Shown: positions 1 to 10,701, numbered from the stretch's first letter. The stretch: DNA of 59,963 nucleotides from an uncultured Collinsella sp. (GCA_900546725.1 URDZ01000001.1:1-59963); one strand, 5' to 3'. Program-made: numbers and translations. The notes: generated by a model not told the origin, from the letters alone.

Positions 1-76
1 AACAGATGGCTTTGCCCCTTTTTGCTATGGTGCAAAGGGGTCAGGGTACTTTGCACCCATCGTTGTTTGATGAAGG

Positions 77-595
77 GTGGATTCTCGTATGGCGCTTCCT
101 ATGGTTTATGGCGGCCCCGGTCGGTATGTTCAGGGACCGGGGGAGCTTTCGCGCCAGGGCAGGTATTTGTCATGGTTGGGCTGCGCTGCCTATGTCTTGT
201 TTGACCAGGGCACCGAGGATCGGCTGTGCAGGCAGATCGTCGATGGATTTCTGGATGAAGATCTAAGCGAGCCGTTCTTTAAGATTTACAACGGTCCGTG
301 TACGGAAGATGCCGTTGTCGAAATGGCCAAGGAAGCCCGGGCCGAGTATTGCGACATGGTGGTGGGCATTGGCGGCGGCAAGATGCTCGATATCGCCAAG
401 GCCGTTGCGTTTTATGCTGAGCTGCCGTTGTGCGTATGCCCCACGGCGGCTTCGATGGACGGTCCGTGCAGCGAGATTTCCGATGCCGATCTGCAGGGTG
501 TTGCAAATGCGGTCTTTAGAAACGAGCGCAATATGGCCAACGAGCAGGCCAAGGTGACCAAACAAAAACTCGTGCAGCTCATGTGCGAGGCATAG
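77..595 (+). pseudogene. Glycerol dehydrogenase-like (iron-containing ADH family) gene with an apparent in-frame internal deletion
   Basis: PGRYVQGPG start, GIGGGKMLDIAKAVA and PTAASMDGPCS motifs, then an immediate jump to a C-terminal-like helix; 172 aa versus ~360 typical. Confidence 0.65.
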
Positions 596-746
596 CTTGG
601 CACTTGATTGACCTTGTGCAATCGAGGCGGCGATAGGCCATGGGCTATTTGCCGCAAAGATGCTCCGCGTGTAATTTGCCCGAGGCGTGGGCCGATAGCG
701 TATCATTATCTCTTGTTTGTTTGCACTGCTCAGGGAGGGGCCGCGC

Positions 747-2000
747 ATGGCGCAGGAACACGATCTGTTTGATGACATTATCGAGATCAGCAAGGGTTTC
801 GACTTTCTTAAAAACCCGCTTGGCGGCGTGACCGATGCACTCGATCCATCGGCGCCGCAGTGGAATCCTGCCGACTACAAGGAGCGCCCGCGCGGCAACA
901 CCATTCCGTGCTTGACCTGCAAAAACGAAAAGAGCGGCTGCACCGCGTGCATGGACGTGTGCCCGGTCAACGCTATCGAGGTCGAGGAAGACTCCATCGA
1001 GATCCTCGACTCCTGTCGCAAGTGCGGCCTGTGCGCCGCTACTTGCCCGACGGAGGCGATCATCTCTCCGCGCCTTGCACCCAAAAACGTCTACGACGAC
1101 ATTGTCTCGGCGGCTACGAGCCACGAGACCGCCTACGTTACCTGCACGCGTGCCCTTAAGCGCATGCCGCGCGAAAACGAAGTCGTCGTTGCCTGCGTGG
1201 GCGATATTACGGCGGAGACCTGGTTCTCGGTACTGGCCGACTATCCCAACGTGAGTGTGTACCTGCCGTTGGGCGTGTGCGATAAATGCCGCAACACCGG
1301 CGGTGAGGACATTCTTGGCGAGGCGATTGCGAAGGCCGAAGAGTGGTCTGGCACGGGTATGGGCCTAGAGGTCGACCCCAAGAGCCTCAAGTGCCATAAG
1401 CGCCGCGAGTACGAGCGCAAGGAGTACATGGAAAAGATTGCCCGCACCACGGGCCTAACGGTGACCAAGCTCAATCCGGCGACGGCGGCGCTGGCCTCGG
1501 TGACGCAGAAGTTGAAGGCTCACCGTCACCAGATCACGCAGCTCGAGCGCACGCTCAACACCATGTGCGGCACCACGACGACCAAGCGTCGCCGTTCGCT
1601 CACGCACGGGCGGCAGCTGGTGCTCTCGACGCTGCAGAACCACCCCGAGCTTGCCCAGAATATGCAGGTGAGCACACCGGAATGCGATTTTGACAAGTGC
1701 ACGTCGTGCGGCGAGTGCGTCAACGTGTGCCCCACGTTTGCCTGCGATTTGGTGGGAAGCGGTCGCTTTGCATTGGAGTCCACGTATTGCCTAGGTTGCG
1801 GAGCCTGCGTCAAGGTGTGCCCCGAGCATGCGCTCAAGCTGGTCGAGCACGATGCGTCCAATCTGGTCGTCGTCGATCCCGAGGCCGAGGAAAAGGCCGC
1901 TCAGAAGGCCAAGGCCCACGAGGAGGCCGAGAAGGTCAAGGCCGAGGCAAAGGCCAAGCTCGATAAGATGCTCGACCAAGTGGAGAAGCTCGCGGACTAG
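747..2000 (+). CDS. 4Fe-4S dicluster (polyferredoxin-like) protein
   Basis: CTACMDVCP, CRKCGLCAATCP, CTSCGECVNVCP and CLGCGACVKVCP motifs; GGAGGG RBS before ATG 747. Confidence 0.85.
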   Translation: MAQEHDLFDDIIEISKGFDFLKNPLGGVTDALDPSAPQWNPADYKERPRGNTIPCLTCKNEKSGCTACMDVCPVNAIEVEEDSIEILDSCRKCGLCAATCPTEAIISPRLAPKNVYDDIVSAATSHETAYVTCTRALKRMPRENEVVVACVGDITAETWFSVLADYPNVSVYLPLGVCDKCRNTGGEDILGEAIAKAEEWSGTGMGLEVDPKSLKCHKRREYERKEYMEKIARTTGLTVTKLNPATAALASVTQKLKAHRHQITQLERTLNTMCGTTTTKRRRSLTHGRQLVLSTLQNHPELAQNMQVSTPECDFDKCTSCGECVNVCPTFACDLVGSGRFALESTYCLGCGACVKVCPEHALKLVEHDASNLVVVDPEAEEKAAQKAKAHEEAEKVKAEAKAKLDKMLDQVEKLAD

Positions 2001-2114
2001 CCAGCGACCCCAATCTCTGCTTCATTTGCGCCGTCGTGGTGTCCGGATTCGCCCGGATGCTGCGGCGGCGCTATACTTATGCAGTTTGAAGTACCTGTAC
2101 CAAAAGGAGCTGTC

Positions 2115-3191
2115 GTGTCCCTTTCCATCGGTATCGTGGGCCTGCCCAATGTGGGCAAGTCGACGCTGTTCACCGCGCTTACCAAAAAGACCGGCCTTGC
2201 CGCCAACTACCCGTTTGCCACGATCGACCCCAACGTGGGTATCGTCGATGTGCCCGATAGCCGCCTGCAAAAGCTCGCCGACATCGTCAACCCGGGCCGC
2301 ATTGTGCCGGCGACGGTCGAGTTCGTCGACATCGCAGGTCTGGTGAAGGGCGCTAACGAGGGCGAGGGTCTGGGCAACCAGTTCCTGGCAAATATCCGCG
2401 AGACCGACGCTATCTGCGAGGTCGTGCGCTATTTTAAGGATCCCAACGTCATGCGTGAGGTGGGTCGTACGGGCGAGTTCGTCGATCCCGCCGGCGATGC
2501 CGACACCATCATGACCGAGCTTATCCTGGCCGACATGGGCACGCTCGAGAAGCAGCTGCCTAAGCTCGAGAAGGAGGCCAAGCGCGACAAGGAGCTCATG
2601 CCCAAGTTCGAGGTCGCCAAGCGCCTGCTCGCCTGGCTCAACGAGGGCAAGCGCGCCGCGTCCATGGAGATGACCGACGAGGAGCGCGCCGCTGCCAAGG
2701 GCCTGTTCCTACTCACCATGAAGCCCATCTTGTATGTGGCCAACGTGGACGAGGACATGCTCAACGAGGACCTGGCGCCCATCGATGGCGTCAAGCCGCT
2801 GCCGATCTGCGCCAAGATCGAGGCCGAGCTTTCCGAGCTCGATCCCGAGGATGCGGCCGACTACCTGGAGAGCCTGGGCCTGGAGCAGCCCGGCCTGGAC
2901 GTGCTCGCGCAGGCAGCCTACAAGCTGCTCGGTCTGCAGTCGTTCTTTACGGCTGGCGAGATGGAGGTCAAGGCCTGGACGGTGCGTCAGGGCGCGACCG
3001 CCCCGCAGGCCGCCGGTGTCATCCATACCGACTTTGAGCGCGGCTTTATTAAGGCCGAGGTCATTGGCTATGACGACTACATCGAGCTCGGTGGCGAGCA
3101 AGGCGCCAAGGCTGCTGGCAAGCTGCGCATCGAGGGCAAAGAGTATGTCATGGCCGATGGCGACGTCGTGCACTTCCGCTTTAACGTGTAA
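2115..3191 (+). CDS. ychF: Redox-regulated ATPase YchF
   Basis: GIVGLPNVGKST, ANYPFATIDPN, DIAGLVKGA, C-terminal DGDVVHFRFNV; AAGGAG RBS before GTG 2115. Confidence 0.97.
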   Translation: MSLSIGIVGLPNVGKSTLFTALTKKTGLAANYPFATIDPNVGIVDVPDSRLQKLADIVNPGRIVPATVEFVDIAGLVKGANEGEGLGNQFLANIRETDAICEVVRYFKDPNVMREVGRTGEFVDPAGDADTIMTELILADMGTLEKQLPKLEKEAKRDKELMPKFEVAKRLLAWLNEGKRAASMEMTDEERAAAKGLFLLTMKPILYVANVDEDMLNEDLAPIDGVKPLPICAKIEAELSELDPEDAADYLESLGLEQPGLDVLAQAAYKLLGLQSFFTAGEMEVKAWTVRQGATAPQAAGVIHTDFERGFIKAEVIGYDDYIELGGEQGAKAAGKLRIEGKEYVMADGDVVHFRFNV

Positions 3192-3202
3192 GGACGGCGA
3201 GC

Positions 3203-3586
3203 ATGTTTAAATATGGAAAAAAAGCTGGCTACATGGGCATCGCGCTGCTGGTGCTTGCAGTGCTTCCGCTGGTGGTCGCAGCGTTTGTAATCCCCAACAT
3301 TGGTCCCGAGGTGGCAACAAAGTTTAATGCCGCCGGTGAGGTGACGCGCTGGGGCAAGAGCTACGAGCTGCTGGCATTGCCGGTGCTCAACCTGCTGCTG
3401 AGCGTGGCGACGTACTTTACGGCGGGACGCCAGGCTAAGAACAATGAGGACTCCGCCGCCATGGCGCGCATCGTGTGCGAGCGCTACCTGCGAAACGGCT
3501 GCATCACGGGCGCATTCCTCAACGTAATTAACGTCTACTTTATGTATTCGGCGATTACCGGCACAGGCTTTGGCCTGGGCTTTTAG
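3203..3586 (+). CDS. DUF1648-like small membrane protein
   Basis: Three hydrophobic segments and a P-EVATKFNAAGEVTRWGK motif. Confidence 0.7.
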   Translation: MFKYGKKAGYMGIALLVLAVLPLVVAAFVIPNIGPEVATKFNAAGEVTRWGKSYELLALPVLNLLLSVATYFTAGRQAKNNEDSAAMARIVCERYLRNGCITGAFLNVINVYFMYSAITGTGFGLGF

Positions 3587-3595
3587 CTTGCGCCT

Positions 3596-3985
3596 TTAGG
3601 CAACGAGCCTGCAAGCATATTCGATGGCTGCTGCGAGGCCGCCGCTCGATCGTGGTTGAAAGACCACATCGGCGGCGGCCTCGTTTTCGTATCCGGCACC
3701 GCGAAGGCAGAGCGCGATACCGGCTTCCAAGAGAAGGGGCAGGCCACACTGGCTGGTTGCTATTACGGCAGCCTGATTGAGTGAGCAGCCGTGCGCTTGG
3801 CATTGGATGGCAAGTTCACCTTGCGCCGGGCAAGGGACCAAAACGGCGGCGACGCGACTTGATAGCAATGCAAATGCTGTGCGCTCATCGGGCGAAAGGC
3901 ATTCTGCTTCAACGACGACGAGCTTGGGCGGTGCGCTGTTTGTGCGAAGCGTGGCTCGGTACATGCGGACCGAAGAACCCGACAT
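3596..3985 (-). CDS. Hypothetical protein resembling a degenerate HAD/KdsC-like fold
   Basis: CAGGAG RBS before ATG 3985; C-terminus AGIALC...AAADVVF...GGLAAAIE resembles HAD C-termini, but the catalytic Asp motifs are absent. Confidence 0.5.
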   Translation of the reverse strand: MSGSSVRMYRATLRTNSAPPKLVVVEAECLSPDERTAFALLSSRVAAVLVPCPAQGELAIQCQAHGCSLNQAAVIATSQCGLPLLLEAGIALCLRGAGYENEAAADVVFQPRSSGGLAAAIEYACRLVA

Positions 3986-4007
3986 AGAAAACTCCTGTAT
4001 ATTGGGC

Positions 4008-4033
4008 AAAACGTAAACTATAGTTTACGTTTT
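4008..4033. promoter_or_regulatory. Perfect 26-bp palindrome, putative operator between divergent genes
   Basis: AAAACGTAAACTA|TAGTTTACGTTTT. Confidence 0.65.
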
Positions 4034-4061
4034 TGTTTTGCTCCATTTCAAACTCGTCTGC

Positions 4062-4280
4062 ATGAACGAACATGCGAAACAGATTCTTGGCGAGCGAGTC
4101 GAGCGGACGCGCAAGGCCCTTGGTATCTCCAAGGTCGATTTTTGCGTGGCGGTTGGGATCAGCCGACCTTATCTCGATCAAATCGAAAGCGGAACGGCAA
4201 ACAGCACGCTCGAGATTTTATTTAAACTTGCGCCCGCGCTTGGCATGACGGTGTCAGAGCTTCTCGAGGGCATTGAGTAG
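4062..4280 (+). CDS. XRE-family HTH regulator
   Basis: LGERVERTRKALGISK...GISRPYLDQIESGTANSTLEILFKLAPALG. Confidence 0.88.
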   Translation: MNEHAKQILGERVERTRKALGISKVDFCVAVGISRPYLDQIESGTANSTLEILFKLAPALGMTVSELLEGIE

Positions 4281-4329
4281 GCGTTTTTGCCAGATTTGTC
4301 GTTTGCTGAACGGGTCCCCCCGACGGCGG

Positions 4330-4543
4330 CGTGCAAAAACCCGAGTATTCAGCATCCCTCAATAAATTGACAGCAACCGAAGGCGCAAATACGATGCTTG
4401 CTGTTTTGGATTATCCACAAAATTCATTATTATGAGGAATAATAGACGCATGGGACGAGCCTATCGAACCGAAAAGCGATTTACAGCTAGCGGTTTTAAC
4501 GTTTCCGGAAGGGGCGGGTGCTGAAAACTCCGCTTTTTGCACG
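4330..4543. mobile_element. MITE-like element with ~28-bp imperfect terminal inverted repeats
   Basis: Left CGTGCAAAAACCCGAGTATTCAGCATCCC; right end reverse-complemented CGTGCAAAAAGCGGAGTTTTCAGCACCC; AT-rich non-coding interior. Confidence 0.55.
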
Positions 4544-4597
4544 TTCCGAGAGGTACCACGTGCCCTACAAGGCCCAAAGAGGCGGATTTTGTTTTAG

Positions 4598-5611
4598 CTA
4601 CACCATCGGGATGCGGTCATGGTTGACCTGGCTGTAGAACAGGCGCTGAATCTCGGCCGCATCACGTGACTGGCCGAGCGCCCACATGGTCTTGGCCACG
4701 AGCGTTTCGGTGGTCATATCGTCGCCGCGTAAAATACCCGGATGGTCGGCGTAGGCACGGCCGACCTCATAAACACCCAGATCGAGGCCCTCTTCGGGGA
4801 CCTGTGTGGTCATAACGACGGTGCGACCCGAATCGACCCAGCGGAAAATCGCCTCCTGGAATGACTCGCCGGACTCGCCAAACTCGGGAATACCGCCAAT
4901 GCCAAAGGTCTCCAGAATTACGGCGTCGTAGCTATCGGTCAGGGCGTCCAATATGCCTGGATTCACGCCGGGCGTGAGCTTAAGGACAAACACGCGCGGG
5001 TCGATACGGTCGTAGAAACGAACCGGGCTCTCATTCTGGTGGGTGCCGTGGAGCCCGTTGCGCACGATGCGGTCGTTGCGGATGTAGGCAATGGGCGGAT
5101 AGTTGACGCTGATGAACGCGTTAAAGCTCATGGTGCGCTGCTTGCGGGCGCGCGTGCCGGCGATGGCCACACCGCCAAACACGATTGAGACGTCGTGCGA
5201 ATGCTCGTCAAGCGCATAGAGCAGGCTCTGGTACAGATTGAGCTTGGCATCGGTAAAGGGGTTGCCCATGGGCTTTTGCGAGCCGGTGAGCACGATAGGC
5301 TTGGGGCTGTCCTGAATCAGGTAAGAAAGCGCCGCCGCGGTGTAGCTCATGGTGTCGGTGCCGTGCAGAATCACGAAGCCGTCGTGGTCGGCATAGCCCT
5401 CGACGATGACGTCGCGGATCCGCATCCAGTCACTCGGACGCATATTGGTGCTGTCGATGTTCATGGGCTGCACCACGTCGAGCTCGCAGAGGCCCGAGAT
5501 CTCGGGGACGCTCTGGGCGAGCTCCTCACCGGTCAGGGCGGGGGAGAGGCCGTTGCCGTCCTCGGTCGATGCGATGGTGCCGCCCGTGGCGATGAGAAGG
5601 ATGCGCTTCAT
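4598..5611 (-). CDS. ansA: L-asparaginase (type I-like, cytoplasmic)
   Basis: ATGGTIAS, HGTDTMSY and LTGSQ motifs; no signal peptide. Confidence 0.9.
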   Translation of the reverse strand: MKRILLIATGGTIASTEDGNGLSPALTGEELAQSVPEISGLCELDVVQPMNIDSTNMRPSDWMRIRDVIVEGYADHDGFVILHGTDTMSYTAAALSYLIQDSPKPIVLTGSQKPMGNPFTDAKLNLYQSLLYALDEHSHDVSIVFGGVAIAGTRARKQRTMSFNAFISVNYPPIAYIRNDRIVRNGLHGTHQNESPVRFYDRIDPRVFVLKLTPGVNPGILDALTDSYDAVILETFGIGGIPEFGESGESFQEAIFRWVDSGRTVVMTTQVPEEGLDLGVYEVGRAYADHPGILRGDDMTTETLVAKTMWALGQSRDAAEIQRLFYSQVNHDRIPMV

Positions 5612-5879
5612 GCTGGTATTCCTATCGTATTTGCCGCCGCAGAGGCGGAGTCGTTCGGCAGTATTGTGGCACAGGGCGTCCAATGTTCAAACGTATTACA
5701 TCATCTGTAACGTTTGGTAACACTTCAATTACCGTCAAATAGGGGCCCAGGTCGTGCGTTTGCCGTGCGCTGATGGCTGCGAGGGACGAGAAACCCCATA
5801 TAACGTGTACACTATGTAAGCTGTTTTCGTTTATTCGCGCGGGTGGGCACCGGCTCCCCGCCAACAAGAGGGGGAAACC

Positions 5880-7478
5880 ATGGATCAAAAGGCTTCCGCA
5901 AAGGTCCTCGTACTCGACTTTGGTGCGCAGTACGGTCAGCTCATTGCCCGCCGCGTCCGCGACCTCAACGTGTATTCCGAGATTGTCCCCTGCGACATCT
6001 CGGCCGACGAGATTCGCGAAATGAACGCCTCTGCGCTCATCCTTTCCGGCGGCCCGGCTTCCGTGTATGCCGAGGACGCTCCGTCTATCGATCCCGCCAT
6101 CTTTGACCTGGGCCTTCCCGTCCTGGGCTTTTGCTACGGCCATCAGATCACGGCCGTGACGCTCGGCGGCAAGGTCGGCCACTCCGAGGTAGGCGAGTAC
6201 GGCCGCGCCACCATCACGCGTACGGCCGGCGCCAAGCTCTTTAACTCCACGCCTATGGAGCAGACCGTGTGGATGAGCCACCGCGACGCCGTTTCCGAGG
6301 TGCCCGAGGGCTTTACCGTTACCGCCAGCACCGACGTGTGCCCGGTTGCTGCCATGGAGTGCGTTGAGCGCAAGATCTTCACCACGCAGTTCCACCCCGA
6401 GGTCAAGCACTCCGAGTACGGTCAGCAGCTGCTGAGCAACTTCCTGTTTGAGATCTGCGGCCTGGAGCCCAACTGGAGCATGGACAACCTGGTCGAGACC
6501 ATGACGGCCGAGTTCCGCGAGAAGGTCGGTGACGACCGCGTGATTCTGGCCCTGTCCGGCGGCGTCGACTCCTCCGTCGTGGCTGCGCTGGGCGCCCGCG
6601 CCGTGGGCAAGCAGATGACCTGCGTGTTCATCAACCACGGTCTGCTGCGCAAGGGTGAGCCCGAGCAGGTGGAGGAGGTCTTCACCAAGCAGTTTGACGT
6701 CGACTTTATCCACGTCCACGCCGAGGACCGTTATGCCGAGCTTTTGGCCGGCGTGACCGAGCCCGAGGAGAAGCGCCGCATCATCGGTACGCAGTTCTGG
6801 AAAGAGTTCTTCGCCGTGGCGCAGCAGCTCGAGACCGATGGCAAGCCGGTCAAGTACCTGGCCCAGGGCACTATCTACCCCGACATCATCGAGTCCGGCG
6901 CTCGCAAGACGGGCGGCAAGACGGCCACTATCAAGAGCCATCACAACCTGATCCCGTTCCCCGAGGGCGTGCACTTCGACCTCATTGAGCCGCTCGACCA
7001 CTTCTTTAAGGACGAGGTCCGCGCGCTTGGTCTGGCGCTGGGCCTGCCGGGTCACATCGTGTTCCGCCAGCCTTTCCCGGGTCCGGGTCTGGCCATCCGC
7101 ATCATCGGCGCGGTCGACAAGGAGAAGCTCGAGATCCTCAAGAACGCCGATGCCATCGTGCGCGAGGAGCTCGACGCCTACAACCAGCGCCTGTTTGAGC
7201 AGACCGGCGAGCGCAACTCCGAGCACAGCTGCTGGCAGTATTTCGCGGTCCTGCCCGACATCAAGTCCGTTGGCGTTATGGGCGACGAGCGCACCTATCA
7301 GCGCCCGATCATCCTGCGTGCCGTCGAATCCAGTGATGCCATGACCGCCGACTGGGCCAAGCTGCCCTACGATGTGCTGGCCCGCATTTCCGGCCGCATC
7401 GTTGCCGAGGTCCCCGGCGCCAACCGCGTGTGCTATGACATCACGTCCAAGCCGCCCGCGACCATTGAGTGGGAGTAG
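5880..7478 (+). CDS. guaA: GMP synthase (glutamine-hydrolysing)
   Basis: LDFGAQY, GFCYG, QFHPEV, LSGGVDSSV, C-terminal KPPATIEWE. Confidence 0.98.
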   Translation: MDQKASAKVLVLDFGAQYGQLIARRVRDLNVYSEIVPCDISADEIREMNASALILSGGPASVYAEDAPSIDPAIFDLGLPVLGFCYGHQITAVTLGGKVGHSEVGEYGRATITRTAGAKLFNSTPMEQTVWMSHRDAVSEVPEGFTVTASTDVCPVAAMECVERKIFTTQFHPEVKHSEYGQQLLSNFLFEICGLEPNWSMDNLVETMTAEFREKVGDDRVILALSGGVDSSVVAALGARAVGKQMTCVFINHGLLRKGEPEQVEEVFTKQFDVDFIHVHAEDRYAELLAGVTEPEEKRRIIGTQFWKEFFAVAQQLETDGKPVKYLAQGTIYPDIIESGARKTGGKTATIKSHHNLIPFPEGVHFDLIEPLDHFFKDEVRALGLALGLPGHIVFRQPFPGPGLAIRIIGAVDKEKLEILKNADAIVREELDAYNQRLFEQTGERNSEHSCWQYFAVLPDIKSVGVMGDERTYQRPIILRAVESSDAMTADWAKLPYDVLARISGRIVAEVPGANRVCYDITSKPPATIEWE

Positions 7479-7588
7479 GACGACAGGGTTCTGACCTGCG
7501 ATTTTGAGTGCCGCACTATGCCGCTGAGTTTCGTTTCGTACGAGAGTCATGACAAAGCCACCAGCGACGGAGATGAGTAAAAGCGATT

Positions 7589-7631
7589 AAAGAGCCTCCG
7601 TTCCCTGCGTTGGGACGGAGGCTCTTTCTTT
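7589..7631. terminator. Bidirectional intrinsic terminator between guaA and the msr-like gene
   Basis: AAAGAGCCTCCGTTCC...GGGACGGAGGCTCTTTCTTT. Confidence 0.8.
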
Positions 7632-7683
7632 GCCGTTTTACTCCCTTGTCTCCGTTCGGGGATTATTTCTTGCTCATTTAGGG

Positions 7684-9153
7684 CTATTCGCGCTGAAAGA
7701 TTTTGACTAGCTTGGTGTCCTTTATTTCGTAGACAATGTCTGCGACGTTCTCGACCAGCCTCTTATCGTGGGAGACGAACACTATCGTTCCGGCATAGGC
7801 GCTCATCATCTGCTCGAGGGCTTCGGCGCTCTTGATGTCCAGGTAATTTCCAGGCTCGTCCATGAGCAAGATGTTGTATCTGCCCAGCAGCATCTTCGCG
7901 AGTAGCAGCTTGATGACTTCGCCTCCCGAGAGAACGCCAACGTCCTTTGTCAGGTCGCGCGGTCCGATTCCCATAGAGGCGAGGATGCCTCGAATTTCGG
8001 TCATGCTGTACTCGCAACCATCCTGCATGAACGAGATCGCAGACTGACGGGCGTCGAACTTGTAGCCTGTTTGCTCGAAGTAACCGATCTCTGCCTTGGG
8101 AGAGATGTTGATACCGTCGGCGCGTCGAGCGATTGCCTTCAGCAGGCTGGTCTTTCCTGTACCGTTGCCACCGGTGATGGCCACTTTGGCACCGAGCGGT
8201 ATCTCGAATTTCGCGTGGTCATAGAGCATGCAGTTGCCGAAGCTCAAGCTGAAATCGTCTGCCGAGATGGGAAATTTACTATGCAGTTCCAGGGCCTTGC
8301 TCTGGCGGAACCGCACGGCGCGAATGCTATCTGGGGCCTCAATCCCTTCGAGCGCTTCGAGGCGCTTCTCCATGTCCTTAGCCGCCTGGTACATCCTCTT
8401 CTGTTTGGTGCCGGTTGCTTTCTGATGCCCCAATCGACCTGCATACTCGTTGCTTTTTTTCGCAGCCTTCCGCTTGGCGTCGACCTGCCGTGCTTTTTTC
8501 CGTTGTTTTTCGATGGCGGCTTCGAGGCGATCGCGCTCGCGCATCGCCTCTTCGTATCGAGTCGCCTGAGCTTTGCGCTCTTCTTCTTTCTGTCGCAGAT
8601 AGTCGGAGTAGTCACCCCAGAATTCGGAAATACCGCCGTCTTTGAGCTCCCAGATCTTGTCTACCACCTGGTCGAGAAAATGACGGTCATGGCTCACGAT
8701 GAGCAGAGCCCCATCAAATGCCTTGAGTTGTCCGACGAGAAGGCGGATGCCGTCTTGGTCGAGGTGGCTCGTAGGCTCGTCGGCGAAGATCGCGCTTGCA
8801 TGCTGGGAGAGTGCAGAGGCAATCTTGGCGCGTGTTTCCTCCCCGCCGCTCATCGTCTCCTGCGCCACTCCGGCGACGTTGAGACGGGAGAGCATCTCAC
8901 CACTGTCCTGAGCCGCATCAAGGTCGAGTTCATCGAGTTGGCCGATGAGGGCAATGCTGCCGAAGCGCCTGACGTCGGCGTCCGCAATGGTAAGATTGCC
9001 GCTCAGAATTTTAAGCAGGCTGGTTTTGCCTGCGCCATTGTCTCCCACCAAGCCGATGCGATCGTAGGAGTAGATTTCCAACTCTTCGATATCCAGGATA
9101 TCGCGGCCGGCATATTCCAAAAAGATGTCTTTAGCTTTGACTATGAGTTCCAT
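7684..9153 (-). CDS. Msr-family ABC-F ribosomal protection protein (Msr(E)/Msr(D)-like)
   Basis: Two ABC domains ([13 protein letters not shown] and [13 protein letters not shown]), no TM segments, linker [22 protein letters not shown] and [11 protein letters not shown] typical of Msr proteins (recalled similarity). Confidence 0.9.
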   Translation of the reverse strand: MELIVKAKDIFLEYAGRDILDIEELEIYSYDRIGLVGDNGAGKTSLLKILSGNLTIADADVRRFGSIALIGQLDELDLDAAQDSGEMLSRLNVAGVAQETMSGGEETRAKIASALSQHASAIFADEPTSHLDQDGIRLLVGQLKAFDGALLIVSHDRHFLDQVVDKIWELKDGGISEFWGDYSDYLRQKEEERKAQATRYEEAMRERDRLEAAIEKQRKKARQVDAKRKAAKKSNEYAGRLGHQKATGTKQKRMYQAAKDMEKRLEALEGIEAPDSIRAVRFRQSKALELHSKFPISADDFSLSFGNCMLYDHAKFEIPLGAKVAITGGNGTGKTSLLKAIARRADGINISPKAEIGYFEQTGYKFDARQSAISFMQDGCEYSMTEIRGILASMGIGPRDLTKDVGVLSGGEVIKLLLAKMLLGRYNILLMDEPGNYLDIKSAEALEQMMSAYAGTIVFVSHDKRLVENVADIVYEIKDTKLVKIFQRE

Positions 9154-9414
9154 AGGTTGAACCGCCTTTTGTGTATTAGCCTTTTACTGGAAGCGCAGCC
9201 ATGCCAAAAAAGATTGCTCACGTCGATTTTTCGCCTTTGCCCAATTGCCGGCGCGAGCGTTTTGACCTTGCGCAAGCCGGCAAATCCGAAAATGATAGTT
9301 GGCGACGAATAAGGAGCGCGATGTGGGATGTCGGCGCAATACCTCGTCGTCGCAAGGGCTTGAAGGCTGACGCGTGAACCGATGGCTGCCGCCTCTTTTT
9401 TTCGAATACTTGGG

Positions 9415-10701
9415 CTATTGAATCTGCCCGGTATCTCTTTTCCCCACGTTTCGGACGCTCGGAGCAAGCAGCATAGCCATCGCAAGCAGTACCATGGTCG
9501 CTCCAGAGCCGACGAACCATAACGGAGCTCCAAGCAGATCCGCAAAAACGGAGGGGGCCGCGAGGCCCATGGGCATGGCCCACGCCATGATGGTTCCGTA
9601 GAGGCCGAAAACGCGGCCTAGGTACTCAGGAGGTATCTGCTCCTGCATAAGGGCAGTCTGGGTTCCCGCGTACAACGGGGAGCATGCGCCCATAAGAAAG
9701 CTCGCCGGCAGGAAAGCAGCGAACAATGACGGGCCGAGCGATCCGGATACGATTGCGGCAATGCCGAAGCCGGCGATCGCGGCGACCATGGTGAACGACC
9801 TATTGCGGAACCCTCCCGTGGCCGCCAAAATGCCGGACCCAGCCAGCATGCCTGCGGAGAAAAGGACCTCCACCAAAGCGGCATCCCCCGTGCTACCGCC
9901 AAAATGCCCCAAGGTCATTATTGGGAACAATGCCGCGAGCGGAGAGAACGCGAAAGCGAAGACGAACCCGCACCAAAGAAGGGCGAACAGCCCCCTGTAT
10001 CCCCTGATCAGCTTGTAGCCGTCCGAAATCTCAGAGAAGAGCTCTCGAACCTTATTGGAAAAGGACGAGCTGCGGTCGGCTTCGTCGAGGCCCCCTGCGT
10101 CTATCTGAGCGGCGAGGACAGCTAGAGAAGCGAAAAGCGCTCCCAGCACGTCGAGGGCAATCATAGCGGTAATGCCCGCCACAGGATAAATCACTGCCGC
10201 GAGCGCGGCGCCAAGAATGTATCCGCCGGACTGAATCGCCTGAGTCACCCCCGATAGGCGAACGAGATGCTCCGGTGGGGCGAGATGGGGCGTGAGAGAT
10301 TGGGAGGCTGGCGTGTAGAACGAAGTACCAACTGCACGGAGAAACAAGGCGATGAGAATTAGCCATGCAGGTAAGCTGCCGGCCAACGAGGCAATCGCCA
10401 AGGCGGCACCCACCGCGGCAATGAAGAGGTCGGCGCCGATGAGGACACGTTTCAAAGGCAGTCTGTCGACAACGGCGCCCGCAAGGATTCCGAACAAAGC
10501 AATCGGCAGAAAGCCTGCCAGCGATGCTAAGGAGAGGAGAGAAGACGACCCTGTCGTGAGGGCGAGATGCCAAATAAGACCCATCTGGAGAATCGAACTC
10601 GTCAATGTCGAAACGAGCTCCCCGCCCCATACGAAACAAAGCTTGAATTGCCATGAATGGCACAGCAGAGCAGACCTGCCCCGAGAGGTTTCAAATATCA
10701 T
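9415..10701 (-). CDS. Mef-like macrolide efflux MFS transporter
   Basis: WGGELVSTLTSSILQMGLIW, GFLP, VDR...LIGADL and QEQIPPEYLGRVFGL parallel Mef(A); directly upstream of the msr-like gene; start uncertain. Confidence 0.8.
   Translation of the reverse strand: MIFETSRGRSALLCHSWQFKLCFVWGGELVSTLTSSILQMGLIWHLALTTGSSSLLSLASLAGFLPIALFGILAGAVVDRLPLKRVLIGADLFIAAVGAALAIASLAGSLPAWLILIALFLRAVGTSFYTPASQSLTPHLAPPEHLVRLSGVTQAIQSGGYILGAALAAVIYPVAGITAMIALDVLGALFASLAVLAAQIDAGGLDEADRSSSFSNKVRELFSEISDGYKLIRGYRGLFALLWCGFVFAFAFSPLAALFPIMTLGHFGGSTGDAALVEVLFSAGMLAGSGILAATGGFRNRSFTMVAAIAGFGIAAIVSGSLGPSLFAAFLPASFLMGACSPLYAGTQTALMQEQIPPEYLGRVFGLYGTIMAWAMPMGLAAPSVFADLLGAPLWFVGSGATMVLLAMAMLLAPSVRNVGKRDTGQIQ

Noticed and set aside
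4411..4419. DnaA box as a replication origin
   Set aside because: Single box with no dnaA/dnaN context
5810..5879. Purine riboswitch upstream of guaA
   Set aside because: No purine-aptamer consensus; leader is short
9141..9230. Possible msr leader ORFs ([11 protein letters not shown]-start MSNLFWHG...)
   Set aside because: Weak or badly spaced RBS and no clear attenuator; cannot be supported
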